Shown here one piece after another: positions 9,305 to 19,056 of a DNA stretch of 64,000 nt. The notes beneath the pieces were generated by a model. The model saw only the letters and a list, made by a program, of their open reading frames with translations, made no database searches and was not told the origin of the DNA. How positions within the stretch are numbered: position 1 is the stretch's first letter; every line of letters begins with the position of its first letter. The position numbers and the translations under genes are program-made. The DNA is taken from NCBI GenBank assembly GCA_964510525.1, contig CAZECE010000042.1, forward strand, positions 9,272-73,271, in the 5' to 3' direction. This DNA comes from an uncultured Pseudomonadales bacterium. GTDB taxonomy: Bacteria; Pseudomonadota; Gammaproteobacteria; Pseudomonadales; JANQJO01.

Positions 9305-9713
9305 AAGCGGTGATGATTCCAGTCAACATAAAACACATGGTTGCAACGATCGATCTTTTTGAAAGGCGACCAATACCACATATGCCATGACCACTTGTGC
9401 AGCCGCTGCCATAATGGGCTCCAAAACCAACCAGCAAACCTGCTGCAATCAGTTGATATAACGATTGTGTGGCAGGTGGTGAGGGGTATGGGAAATTCAA
9501 AATGGCATTAGCCAGGTAAGCGCCGATGATGAGGCCCACTAAGAATAAGGGGCGCCACAGTGTTTCAAAAATCGATGCTTTGGGAGGTAAGGTAATGCTA
9601 CGCCAAAGCATGCCGCTGATGCCTGTGATTTTGCCAAGATAGCCAAACATCATGAGCACAGAGAGCCCTATTAATGCTCCTCCAATGCCGGCGTTAATAA
9701 TAGGGTCGTTCAT
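9282..9713 (-). CDS. YeeE/YedE family protein (first half of a split pair)
   Basis: 143 aa. It carries the conserved cysteine motif GSGCTSGHGICG of YeeE/YedE sulfur-transport proteins. Confidence 0.8.
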   Translation of the reverse strand: MNDPIINAGIGGALIGLSVLMMFGYLGKITGISGMLWRSITLPPKASIFETLWRPLFLVGLIIGAYLANAILNFPYPSPPATQSLYQLIAAGLLVGFGAHYGSGCTSGHGICGIGRLSKRSIVATMCFMLTGIITAYVSRHLI

Positions 9714-9915
9714 TTAATATCGCTCGTAATTGATGCACAAGTATTTTGAGGGCTGAACTGGGCAAAGAGGCTGAGAATTTTATGAAGGATGATGTCCATT
9801 TTGATTAGTAAGATTTGAGTATTTGTGAGTGATTATAAGGTATAGAAAGCTCTTTTATTATAGGGTAAAAAGAGTTTGTCGTTTTCAAAATGAAATTATT
9901 TGGGGTGCAGGGAAT

Positions 9916-10923
9916 ATGAATGATCGGTATGGTTTGTTAAAACTGAACGACATTGTAACAACGTATGAACGAATACAGCCGTTGATAAACCAAACACCTA
10001 TTTTCCAATCGGCATTGTTGAACGACTGGTTAGGCCACACTGTTTTATTCAAAGCTGAATGTATGCAAAAAATTGGTGCGTTTAAAGCACGTGGCGCCTC
10101 AAATGCTATTTTAAAACGCATTGAAAATAATGAACGGCCAAGCGAAATTGTAGCGTCGAGTTCGGGGAATCATGCGCAAGCCGTCGCATGGGCCTCTGCA
10201 AAATTTGATATCCCAGCAACGATTTATATGCCTAAAACGGTGTCTACAGTAAAGCGTCAAGCGACGAAGCACTATGGGGCTAAAACCGTAATATGTGAAG
10301 ACCGTTTTGAGGCGGATCGCCGAGTTAAAGTGCATGCACAATCTGGAGAGGGAATCTTTTGGTTACCACCTTATGATCATGATGATGTGATATGCGGGCA
10401 GGGCACTGCTTGCTTGGAGGTGTTGAGGGAGTACTCGGATATTGATGCTATGGCAGCTCCATGTGGTGGCGGTGGTTTATTATCAGGTACATTGATTGCC
10501 GCTAAAGGCAAAAACTCCAATATCGCTGTTATTGGGGTTGAACCTAAGAATGCTGACGATGCCTGGAGAAGTGTTCAAGCGGGTAAGGTAATTAAGCTTT
10601 CGGAACCACCAAAAACATTAGCCGATGGTGCTTCGACGCTGTCTGTTAGCGAACGGACTTTAACTTATTTAAAACAACTGGATTTGTTTGTCACTGCAAC
10701 GGAAGAACAAATTGCCTATTGGACACAATGGCTTCAGCACCTGCTTAAACTTCAAATTGAGCCCACCTGTGCAATGACGATGGTAGGTGTGGTTGATTGG
10801 TTGAAAAAACAAACTGAACCTAAAACGGTTTGCGTGATTATTTCAGGTGGCAATATTGATAATGCTAAACGTCAGGCTTTGCATGAGATAAACTATTTGG
10901 ATAATCCACCATCATTATATTGA
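9916..10923 (+). CDS. fold-type II PLP enzyme, threonine/serine dehydratase or serine-racemase-like (hydroxy-amino-acid ammonia-lyase family)
   Basis: PLP-lysine motif GAFKARGA, SSGNHAQAVA, and glycine loop GGGGLLSG. Start moved to ATG 9916 (MNDRYGLL...), which follows AGGG. Confidence 0.85.
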   Translation: MNDRYGLLKLNDIVTTYERIQPLINQTPIFQSALLNDWLGHTVLFKAECMQKIGAFKARGASNAILKRIENNERPSEIVASSSGNHAQAVAWASAKFDIPATIYMPKTVSTVKRQATKHYGAKTVICEDRFEADRRVKVHAQSGEGIFWLPPYDHDDVICGQGTACLEVLREYSDIDAMAAPCGGGGLLSGTLIAAKGKNSNIAVIGVEPKNADDAWRSVQAGKVIKLSEPPKTLADGASTLSVSERTLTYLKQLDLFVTATEEQIAYWTQWLQHLLKLQIEPTCAMTMVGVVDWLKKQTEPKTVCVIISGGNIDNAKRQALHEINYLDNPPSLY

Positions 10924-11606
10924 AACAACTTCTGACATAGTATTTCAGCAGGATCAGCAACTTCAATGGGAGAGGACTGATCATTTATGACGAGCGGAAG
11001 CTCAGTACATGCAGCTAAAACCACGTCGCAATTTTTATAAGTTTCCAGCATCTGCCTAATTTTCGTTAAATGTGATGAATTAACAGATACCCCTGAAGCG
11101 ATTATTTTTTGAATGTCTTGAATGAGGTTTCGATGTGCTGATTCAGGAATGACGACCTTTAATCCTGATGATTCAAGCTTATTTTTATAATAGCCACACT
11201 CCATCGTGTATTTGGTACCCGTTAGCAATACTGAGTTGAACTTTCGTTGGCTCAAGTATGAAACTACCTCATCAACCATGTGAATGAATGGCGGTTTTAA
11301 ACTGAGATCGCTTTTGATCATGTCTATTCCTTCATGAAGTGTGTTATTACACAATGCTATGCATGAAGGGTTTACGCTATCAAGGTATTCCAATTCTCGT
11401 TTTAAAATTGGGTTAATCATTTCCCAGTTATTGGGGTAATGTTTCGAGATTTCGAAGTAGTCGATGCTTGAAAGTAGTATCCGTGCAGAGTGACCGGCAC
11501 CATATTTTTCACCAGCCATTTGGTTGAGGATTTTGTAAAACTCAATGGTTGAAGGCCAGCTGGTGCCGCCTATTAAACCGATGGTTTTTAAGAGAGTGGT
11601 TTTCAT
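10893..11606 (-). CDS. aspartate/glutamate racemase family protein (cofactor-independent)
   Basis: IGLIGGTSW N-terminus and two catalytic-Cys motifs (IALCNNTLH, LAACTELP). Its 3' end overlaps the convergent gene by 31 nt. Confidence 0.8.
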   Translation of the reverse strand: MKTTLLKTIGLIGGTSWPSTIEFYKILNQMAGEKYGAGHSARILLSSIDYFEISKHYPNNWEMINPILKRELEYLDSVNPSCIALCNNTLHEGIDMIKSDLSLKPPFIHMVDEVVSYLSQRKFNSVLLTGTKYTMECGYYKNKLESSGLKVVIPESAHRNLIQDIQKIIASGVSVNSSHLTKIRQMLETYKNCDVVLAACTELPLVINDQSSPIEVADPAEILCQKLFQYNDGGLSK

Positions 11607-11627
11607 GAGAATGGTTTTCCTAGTGTT

Positions 11628-12755
11628 TTACCACCCACTGATTTTATCCCAAATGGTAATCTCACCATCACCAATGACATGGTAGCAATCGTAGGGTGCT
11701 ACGGTCATACAAGCATGATTGGGTAATATTCGGAGTTTTTTGCCAATCGGAAATTGTTCAAAATCGATGTTCCCATTTTTTGTGGTGATTTGGCCATGTT
11801 CTTGGCTGACTTTGCATATATACATGTTTTCGAATATTTCGTTAGATGTTGAATCCATCACCAAGCCAAAGCCACAGTCGTTCGTTTGATTTTGGGTACC
11901 TCTATCTTGTGATAATGCTAATGCACCTGCATCGACAATGATTCGATTACGTTCAGGTTGATGGCTGATAACCGTGGTTAATACACTCACAGCGATATCG
12001 GAAAAATCACAAACACCAAGATTCGCTTGGAATAAATCCATAAACATATAAACACCCGCTCGGATTTCGGTTAAACCATCAAAGTTTTTCCCGAACATGG
12101 CAGTTGGAGTGGAGCCAGCGGTAACAATACTAATGTCGAAACTGTTTTGTCGTAATGTGTCGGCGGCGGTGGTGACGGCAAGACGTTCTTGTTCAGCAAT
12201 CTCAATAATTTCATCAATATTTGATGCTCTGTATGAACTACCTGCATGAGTCATCACTCCAGAAAGGGTAAGGTTTTTTGTTCCACTGATTTCTTGTGCG
12301 ATTTTCAATAAGTGAGGTGAGTCAGGTTTAATTCCAGCTCTCGTACCGTCACTATCTATTTCAATTAAAACTGAGATGGTGTGATTTAATTGATCAGTAA
12401 AGTTAGCCAATAAACCAACAGCATCAGGATTGTCGACAACAATACGAACAGTGGTGCCGTTATCATATAATTTGGCCAAACGTGGCAACTTCTCAGCAAC
12501 AAAGCCAACACCATAGATGATGTCTTTAATGCCCATATTTGAGAAGTATTCGGCTTCTTTGAGTGTGGAAACCATGATTCGTTGATCGATACCTTCCAAA
12601 GCGATTTTTGCTATTTCTTCGCATTTGGTGGTTTTGAGATGAGGGCGAAACGGAATAGCCATTTTCTTGAATTTCGATGTCAGCGTTGCGGTATTATTCA
12701 GCAGCTTTTGTTTGTCTAAAATTAAACAGGGTGTTTCTAAGGAATTGAGTGACAT
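11628..12755 (-). CDS. DSD1-family fold-type III PLP enzyme (D-serine / D-threo-3-hydroxyaspartate dehydratase or D-threonine aldolase-like)
   Basis: ETPCLILD N-terminus, PLP-lysine motif FRPHLKTTK, and C-terminal RILPNHAC typical of the eukaryotic-type D-serine dehydratase family. Confidence 0.75.
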   Translation of the reverse strand: MSLNSLETPCLILDKQKLLNNTATLTSKFKKMAIPFRPHLKTTKCEEIAKIALEGIDQRIMVSTLKEAEYFSNMGIKDIIYGVGFVAEKLPRLAKLYDNGTTVRIVVDNPDAVGLLANFTDQLNHTISVLIEIDSDGTRAGIKPDSPHLLKIAQEISGTKNLTLSGVMTHAGSSYRASNIDEIIEIAEQERLAVTTAADTLRQNSFDISIVTAGSTPTAMFGKNFDGLTEIRAGVYMFMDLFQANLGVCDFSDIAVSVLTTVISHQPERNRIIVDAGALALSQDRGTQNQTNDCGFGLVMDSTSNEIFENMYICKVSQEHGQITTKNGNIDFEQFPIGKKLRILPNHACMTVAPYDCYHVIGDGEITIWDKISGW

Positions 12756-12824
12756 CTTTGTTAATAACCGAGGGTTTTAAATTAGCTTGAATTATGAGCT
12801 GACAGTATAAAGTGTTTTGACTTT

Positions 12825-13322
12825 ATGGGTTACAAGAAAATCGACATCATTGAAGCGAATGAATCTCACTGGCAGGGTATTTGGAAAATATTGCAGCCAA
12901 CATTTGAGAGTGGGGATACCTATGCTTATCCACCAGGAATTTCTGAAAGTGCAGCCAAACATTATTGGTTAGAGATACCTCAAAAGACATTTATTGCTAT
13001 TCATGGTGATGAGGTGGTTGGCGTTTATTACATCAAGCCAAATCAACCTGGACTGGGTAGCCACATTTGTAATATTGGTTATGTCGTATCACCTGATAAG
13101 CGAGGTGGGGGTATTGGCACTCAATTAGCTGAACATTCGTTTCAAATAGCTAAGGAGCTTGGTTTTCATGCGATTCAAGCAAACTTGGTTGTCAGTACGA
13201 ATACAAAAGCGATCAAGTTATGGCAGTCGATGGGGTTTGAAATTATTGGCACAATACCTAACGGGTTTAATTTGAAAGGTGAAAAGTACGTTGATGCTCA
13301 CATCATGTTTAAGGTTTTGTGA
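12825..13322 (+). CDS. GNAT family N-acetyltransferase
   Basis: Acetyl-CoA motif A (RGGGIGTQLAEHSFQIAKELGF). 165 aa. Confidence 0.8.
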   Translation: MGYKKIDIIEANESHWQGIWKILQPTFESGDTYAYPPGISESAAKHYWLEIPQKTFIAIHGDEVVGVYYIKPNQPGLGSHICNIGYVVSPDKRGGGIGTQLAEHSFQIAKELGFHAIQANLVVSTNTKAIKLWQSMGFEIIGTIPNGFNLKGEKYVDAHIMFKVL

Positions 13323-13502
13323 GTAACTCCATACATGTTTGGTTGTATTTCAATCTTGTCTTTGTGGTATACTACTGTTCATTTTGAGGCTGTCAGATAT
13401 ACACTCGTGACTCAAGGGAATGAGGGTTATTCAAAAGGATGTAATAGTCGATGTGACTGAGCAGCCTTTCCTTAATCCGCTAATCCAAAATAAGAGTAGT
13501 AT

Positions 13503-14186
13503 ATGCAGAGTCACAGTTCACCAGCCTTGAGTCCTTCAAATTCTTCATCTCTTTTGCAATATCTACATACTGCATTCCATACCTCGCCAGAAGTAGATAG
13601 AAGAGTTGGTTTGCCTTTGTCGAATGTACCAACCCCAAACCCAAGATCACCTCAACTTCAGCCAGTAGATGGAGATCAACTAGGTATTCCAGAGTTAAAT
13701 AGTGACTCCATGGGGACTCCCGCAGTTTTAACTCCAAGGTTATTAGATGTTTCATCAATGGAGCTTTCTAATAGTGGTCCAGAGTTAAAGGCTAGCGATT
13801 CAGAATTGAAGCCAACATCTGCTGATGAGATTGATCGCAGCAGTGGTAACTTGAACCTAGCCCTGACAGAAATTAAGCAGCTAATTAAGGTGTACTCAAA
13901 AAAGCTAGCTAAGGCTTACAAGGCAAGGGAGTTAACTGATAACAAAATTAGCGAAATCGAAAAGAGCTTTGTATCCGAAAAAAATGAAATTTATGAGAAA
14001 CATGACATTTCAGATGATATGAGAAACAAGAGTAATAGAGTGGTATCTGAACATTTTTCGGAGCTTTTGCGGTTTTTGAAAGAAGGTAATAATGCAGTTG
14101 TAAAAAAGATTATCAGGAGTTTGAAGGATAATTTCATCGAGTTTGTTAAAAATACTGGGCATGTATCATATAGCGGTCAGAGGTAA
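13503..14186 (+). CDS. hypothetical protein: Pro/Ser-rich N-terminal half and Lys/Glu-rich helical C-terminal half
   Basis: 227-aa ORF in an AT-rich segment next to tRNA-Ile2. I recognise no family motif. Confidence 0.4.
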   Translation: MQSHSSPALSPSNSSSLLQYLHTAFHTSPEVDRRVGLPLSNVPTPNPRSPQLQPVDGDQLGIPELNSDSMGTPAVLTPRLLDVSSMELSNSGPELKASDSELKPTSADEIDRSSGNLNLALTEIKQLIKVYSKKLAKAYKARELTDNKISEIEKSFVSEKNEIYEKHDISDDMRNKSNRVVSEHFSELLRFLKEGNNAVVKKIIRSLKDNFIEFVKNTGHVSYSGQR

Positions 14187-14483
14187 TTACTCCAGGTTGG
14201 TTTGAAATTGTTGTAGCGAGACAGATTGATTTTTAATCTAGGACAAACCGCCTCAACCCCCGGTACGAATTTCGGTACGAGGGCTAACCCCTTGGTCTAG
14301 GTGGTTTTATTATTTAACCGAATAATCACTCAAATCTTAGTAATTTATCAGGACAACTCTCGGACATTTCAACTTTGCTTGTAAGAGTATCAAATAATCC
14401 CTCAACTCTCATCCAACTCATCACCGTCATCAAAAGTCGGCAATCCCAAGCCAGAAAAAACTTCCCAATAAATGTCTAAAAAA

Positions 14484-14560
14484 TGGTGGGCCCTGTAGGA
14501 CTTGAACCTACGACCAATCGATTATGAGTCGACTGCTCTAACCAACTGAGCTAAGGGCCC
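14484..14560 (-). tRNA. tRNA-Ile2 (anticodon CAU, lysidine-type, ileX-like)
   Basis: The reverse complement is GGGCCCTTAGCTCAGTTGGTTAGAGCAGTCGACTCATAATCGATTGGTCGTAGGTTCAAGTCCTACAGGGCCCACCA. Body and anticodon arm resemble E. coli ileX rather than elongator or initiator Met tRNAs. Confidence 0.8.
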
Positions 14561-14573
14561 ATTCATGCGCTGA

Positions 14574-16421
14574 CTACGAATCGGTATCTAGGAAACTCCG
14601 CAATTGTTCGGAACGGCTGGGGTGGCGAAGTTTTCTTAACGCTTTGGCTTCGATTTGACGTATGCGCTCACGGGTAACGTCAAATTGTTTTCCGACTTCT
14701 TCTAAGGTGTGGTCGGTGTTCATGTCAATACCAAAGCGCATCGCTAGGACTTTGGCTTCACGCGCCGTTAGGCCGGATAAAACGGATCGGGTTGATTCTT
14801 TTAAGCCGCCAATGGTGGCTGAATCAACGGGGGATTCTATGTTGGTGTCTTCAATAAAGTCACCTAAGTGAGAATCTTCATCATCGCCAATGGGGGTTTC
14901 CATTGAAATAGGTTCTTTGGCGATTTTTAAGACCTTACGTACCTTGTCTTCAGGCATTTCAAGCTTTTCGCCGAGCTCTTCAGGCGTTGGTTCTCGGCCC
15001 ATCTCTTGAAGCATTTGCCTGGAAACACGATTGAGCTTATTGATCGTCTCGATCATGTGCACTGGAATTCGAATGGTGCGAGCCTGATCAGCAATAGAGC
15101 GGGTGATCGCTTGGCGAATCCACCAGGTGGCGTAGGTAGAGAATTTGTAGCCACGACGGTATTCAAATTTATCAACGGCTTTCATTAAGCCAATGTTGCC
15201 TTCTTGAATCAGGTCCAGGAACTGCAAGCCGCGATTGGTGTACTTTTTGGCAATTGATATGACAAGGCGTAAGTTGGCTTCGACCATTTCCTTCTTGGCG
15301 CGACGAGCCTTGGCTTCTCCAATCGACATGCGACGATTGATCTCTTTGATTTCTGAGATGGTCAAGCCAACTTCTTCTTCGATTTGGATGAATCGTTTTT
15401 GAGCGCGAACAATTTCGTCCTTGTATGGTGCCAGCTTGGCTGCTTGCTTGGACTTTTTTTCTACCCAAGTAAGGTCCGTTTCAAAGCCTGGGAAGCGGTC
15501 AATAAACTCTTTGCGAGACATTTTGGCTTGGCGCACGCAGCAGCGCATGATGATTTTTTCTTGTTTTCGAATGGACTCCAATACTTCGCGCACGCTGGTG
15601 ACAAGGTAGTCGAACATGCGAGGTGTTAGTTTTAGCTCCATGAAATGGGTAGCAACGGCCTCGAGTTGTTTGGCAGAAGATTTGTGGCTACGACTGTATC
15701 GAGCGATGCTTCTCTGGGCTTTTGCCATGCCTTCTTCGAGTGTTTTGAAGAAAGCAGCGGCCTTTTCAGGATCAATGCTGCCACTGTCTTCATCGTCATC
15801 TTCTGAGTCATCAGATTTGTCGTTGCCATCTTTGTCTTCGTTATCAGCATTTTTGGCTTCTGCTGCTGCCTCTGGGTTGTGCGGTGTTGCTGGCGGCTCT
15901 TCTTCGTCATCAAGAAATCCGCTGACAATGTCATTTAAACGACGTTCTTCTTCAACGGTGCGATGGTATTCACTTAATATAAATTCAATGGTTCCCGGCC
16001 AATAGGTTAAAACATGCATCACTTGGCGGATGCCCTCTTCAATGCGCTTGGCAATGACGATTTCACCTTCTCGAGTCAGCAACTCAACGCTGCCCATTTC
16101 ACGCATGTACATCCGAACTGGGTCTGTGGTGCGCCCGGGTTCGGTTTCAACGGAGGTGAGTGCGGCAACGGCTTCTTCGGTTGCGTCGTCGTCTTCCGAT
16201 TCGTTGTTGGCCTCGTTCATCAGCAACTGGTCAGCTTCTGGGGCGGTTTCATACACCGGAATCCCCATGTCGTTGATCATGCCAATAATGTCTTCGATTT
16301 GATCTGGGTCTGTTATGTCTTCAGGCAGGTGGTCATTGACTTCGCCGTAGGTCAAAAAGCCTTGCTCTTTACCGCGGTTGATAAGGGATTTCAGTTGCGA
16401 CTTTCTTTCTTCGTTACTCAT
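14574..16421 (-). CDS. rpoD: RNA polymerase sigma-70 factor RpoD
   Basis: Regions 1.1-4.2 are recognisable ([77 protein letters not shown]). Start set at ATG 16421 ([11 protein letters not shown]...), because the upstream extension has no homology. Confidence 0.97.
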   Translation of the reverse strand: MSNEERKSQLKSLINRGKEQGFLTYGEVNDHLPEDITDPDQIEDIIGMINDMGIPVYETAPEADQLLMNEANNESEDDDATEEAVAALTSVETEPGRTTDPVRMYMREMGSVELLTREGEIVIAKRIEEGIRQVMHVLTYWPGTIEFILSEYHRTVEEERRLNDIVSGFLDDEEEPPATPHNPEAAAEAKNADNEDKDGNDKSDDSEDDDEDSGSIDPEKAAAFFKTLEEGMAKAQRSIARYSRSHKSSAKQLEAVATHFMELKLTPRMFDYLVTSVREVLESIRKQEKIIMRCCVRQAKMSRKEFIDRFPGFETDLTWVEKKSKQAAKLAPYKDEIVRAQKRFIQIEEEVGLTISEIKEINRRMSIGEAKARRAKKEMVEANLRLVISIAKKYTNRGLQFLDLIQEGNIGLMKAVDKFEYRRGYKFSTYATWWIRQAITRSIADQARTIRIPVHMIETINKLNRVSRQMLQEMGREPTPEELGEKLEMPEDKVRKVLKIAKEPISMETPIGDDEDSHLGDFIEDTNIESPVDSATIGGLKESTRSVLSGLTAREAKVLAMRFGIDMNTDHTLEEVGKQFDVTRERIRQIEAKALRKLRHPSRSEQLRSFLDTDS

Positions 16422-16590
16422 GAAATATCTGGTGCGCCTGTTATTTGAAAATGAATAAAATGACTGGATTACACTGAATGATCGGGCCGGCTCTCGACAA
16501 ACGCGATACCATACAAGATTTTTGTCTTGATCGCTAGAATTCCAAGTCTTAGCGGCCATTTTTTTGAAGAATTCGGAAAAATAGGGTGCT

Positions 16591-18480
16591 TTACTCGCTG
16601 GTTAGGGCGGCCTTTTGGCTTAAAGCGGCTTTTTGAGCGATCAGGTCTCGAATTCGGTGTTGATCTGGTGGTTTTTGTTGAACGGCTTGAGCTAACAATA
16701 AATCGATGGCGAGCTTTTCGAGTTGCTCAAGTGCATCCGTTAACTCCTGGGTTTGAGGGGCTTCTGGCAGCAGATATTCTTGTGCGGCTAGGCTCGCCAG
16801 TTGTTGGCCTTCTTCTCGTAAGTGCCAGTGGCCTAATAGGTAAGCCAAGCTGGCGTCTGGGGTGTCTTGAAACAGTTTTTGCAGCTCTGAAAGCAGGCTA
16901 AAGTGAGGTAAGTTGGCCTCTTTGACGGAACTGGGGAGCGTCAGTTCTTGGCTGATTTTAGGGTTTTTGATCAGCATGGTGATGATTTGATCGACTAGTT
17001 TTTTGGGGGTTTCTGGTTGCGGTAAGTGTGGTTCTTGGGTTGGTGGGTATGATTTGTTTTTCCAGGGTGTTGGCGATTTTTTTTGGTGTGAGTATTGGCC
17101 TTTGTTCGAGGCTTTATAGGGTTTGTTGAAAGTCGCGCTTGGGTGGTGCTGGTTTTGCGGTTGATGTTGCGGTTGATGTCGCGGTTGGTTTTGATGGGTC
17201 GGGTTGGTGAGGAGCTGAGGTTGTACTTGTGCAAATTGCGCCAGTGATTCAACTAACAGTTGTCGGTATAAATTGTTGGGTATTCGTTCGATGGCTGGTT
17301 GGGCTCTTTTAAGAAAGCTGGCTCTGCCATCTAATGTCAGTAAGTTGATGCCTTCTGCCAATAGGTTTTGCAGCTGTTGGGACAAGGGAAGGGCGTTATT
17401 TAGTCTGTCTTCAAAAGCATTTGAGCCTTCTCGGCGGACGATGGAGTCAGGGTCTTCTCCTTGTGGTAAAAACACAAATTGAGCTTCTCGGCCTTCTTGC
17501 ATGTGGGGCAGGGTGTTGAAGAGGGCTCGTTCGGCGGCTTTTTGCCCAGCGTTATCGCCATCAAAGCAAAAAATCAGCTTGTTGCTGTGCCTAAACAGGT
17601 GTTGTACATGGTATTCGCTGGTGCTGGTGCCGAGTGTGGCTACGGTATTGGTGAAGCCTGCTTGTGCCAGGGCGATGACATCCATATAGCCTTCAACCAC
17701 GATAAAGGCTTCTGGTTTGTTGGATTGCTTTAACGCCTCAAATAACCCATAGAGGAGTTTTTGTTTTTGGAAGACGGGGGTTTCAGGGGAGTTTAGGTAT
17801 TTTGGTTGTTCGTTGTTTAGTATTCGGCCGCCAAAGCCGACGACTTGGCCTTTGCGGTCGCGTATGGGGAACATCAGTCGGTTGCGAAACCGGTCGTAGT
17901 GCCGCTCTGGCGATTTTTCGATGATCAGCCCTGCTTCCAGTCCTGCTTTGATTCGATCTTGTGTTATGTGGTTGAGTAGCCGATCCCAGTCTGGGTATGA
18001 GAAACCTAACCCGTAGGTTTCAGCCCATCCGGCGTCGATGCCTCGGGTGTGGAGGTAGTGGCGGGCTCGCTTGGCTTCGGGGGATTTGAGGGCTTGGCGA
18101 AAAAATGTCTGAGCATTGGTCAGGGTGTCGGTGAGCGTTTTGTTTATTTTGGGGGGCGGTGTGCTGTGGTTGTTTGAGTCGGCTTTGTCAGGCAGTGGCG
18201 TGCCGGTAAATTTTGCCAGCGCTTCGATGCTTTCTGGAAAGGTTAGTTTTTGATAATCCATTAAAAAGCTAATGGCGTTACCGCTGGCTTGGCAGCCGAA
18301 GCAGTAATAAAACTGCTTGGTAGGGCTGACTGAAAAAGAGGGGGTTTTTTCTTGATGAAAAGGGCAGCAGGCTGAGTAATTGGCGCCTTGTTTTTTTAAG
18401 GTGATTTGTTTGCTGATCAGTTCGACGATGTCGCAACGAAATAGCAGGTCGTCAATTTGTTCACGGGAATACAGGGGCAT
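16591..18480 (-). CDS. dnaG: DNA primase DnaG
   Basis: Zinc ribbon [22 protein letters not shown]-polymerase core and Toprim ([22 protein letters not shown]). Gene order is rpsU-yqeY-dnaG-rpoD. Confidence 0.95.
   Translation of the reverse strand: MPLYSREQIDDLLFRCDIVELISKQITLKKQGANYSACCPFHQEKTPSFSVSPTKQFYYCFGCQASGNAISFLMDYQKLTFPESIEALAKFTGTPLPDKADSNNHSTPPPKINKTLTDTLTNAQTFFRQALKSPEAKRARHYLHTRGIDAGWAETYGLGFSYPDWDRLLNHITQDRIKAGLEAGLIIEKSPERHYDRFRNRLMFPIRDRKGQVVGFGGRILNNEQPKYLNSPETPVFQKQKLLYGLFEALKQSNKPEAFIVVEGYMDVIALAQAGFTNTVATLGTSTSEYHVQHLFRHSNKLIFCFDGDNAGQKAAERALFNTLPHMQEGREAQFVFLPQGEDPDSIVRREGSNAFEDRLNNALPLSQQLQNLLAEGINLLTLDGRASFLKRAQPAIERIPNNLYRQLLVESLAQFAQVQPQLLTNPTHQNQPRHQPQHQPQNQHHPSATFNKPYKASNKGQYSHQKKSPTPWKNKSYPPTQEPHLPQPETPKKLVDQIITMLIKNPKISQELTLPSSVKEANLPHFSLLSELQKLFQDTPDASLAYLLGHWHLREEGQQLASLAAQEYLLPEAPQTQELTDALEQLEKLAIDLLLAQAVQQKPPDQHRIRDLIAQKAALSQKAALTSE
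17157..17192 (-). repeat. three tandem 12-nt units inside the dnaG linker (encode ..[11 protein letters not shown]..)
   Basis: Plus strand reads GCGGTTGATGTT / GCGGTTGATGTC / GCGGTTGGTTTT, read directly from the sequence. Confidence 0.8.
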
Positions 18481-18531
18481 TACTTTTCCTGTTTATGGCC
18501 GGAATGTAGGGTTTTATCAGGTGTTTCGAGG

Positions 18532-18975
18532 CTAATTCAGCAGCGCTTTGACTTGGCGGCTGACCAAGCTCATGTCTGCTTTGCCAACCCAGTTGGCTTT
18601 GAGGGTTTGCATTACGCGGCCCATGTCTTTAACGCTATTTGCGTCAAGTTCGGCGATGACGGCTTTGACGCCTGCTTCGATTTCAGCTTCGGAGAGCTGT
18701 TTTGGGAGAAACGTTTGCAGGGTGTCAATTTCGGCCTGCTCCTGTTCGGCAAGTTCAGGGCGGTTGCCTGACATGTATTGTTTGATGGATTCCTGGCGTT
18801 GTTTGATCAGCTTGTTGAGGACGCCCAAAATCTCGCTGTTATCTAAGGTTCTGCGCTCGTCAATCTCAATTTGCCGGACTGCAGATTTAGCCATTCTAAG
18901 CGTGGTGAGCGCTCCTTTTTGTTTCTCTTTCATGGCTGTTTTGATCGCAGAATCTAGGCGATCAGACAGGCTCAT
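18532..18975 (-). CDS. GatB/YqeY domain protein
   Basis: Typical YqeY sequence (MSLSDRL...AMKEK....L...RM....IK..EID). I prefer ATG 18975 over the ORF-track start at 18996. Confidence 0.85.
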   Translation of the reverse strand: MSLSDRLDSAIKTAMKEKQKGALTTLRMAKSAVRQIEIDERRTLDNSEILGVLNKLIKQRQESIKQYMSGNRPELAEQEQAEIDTLQTFLPKQLSEAEIEAGVKAVIAELDANSVKDMGRVMQTLKANWVGKADMSLVSRQVKALLN

Positions 18976-19056
18976 TTCCACTGTGTCCTGTTTCATGGCG
19001 TCCTGAGTCTTGGTGTCCTGAGTATTGATAGGAGCATGTAAGCTAAGGGGTTGAAA

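Noticed and set aside
14187-14483. Possible att-type direct repeat of the tRNA-Ile2 3' end (CTAGGACAAACCGCC versus GTAGGACTTGAACCTAC)
   Set aside because: Only about 6 contiguous matching bases, which is indistinguishable from chance. No second copy was seen near the other end of the AT-rich segment.
15006-16448. Plus-strand ORFs inside rpoD (15006-15188, 15384-15629, 15616-16005, 16014-16448 and others)
   Set aside because: They are antisense shadows of a highly expressed, well-conserved gene. Their low-complexity Ser/Leu content mirrors the acidic insert of RpoD.
16422-16559. 46-aa N-terminal extension of rpoD in the ORF track
   Set aside because: Canonical RpoD begins at [11 protein letters not shown]... 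(ATG 16421). The extension has no sigma-70 similarity.
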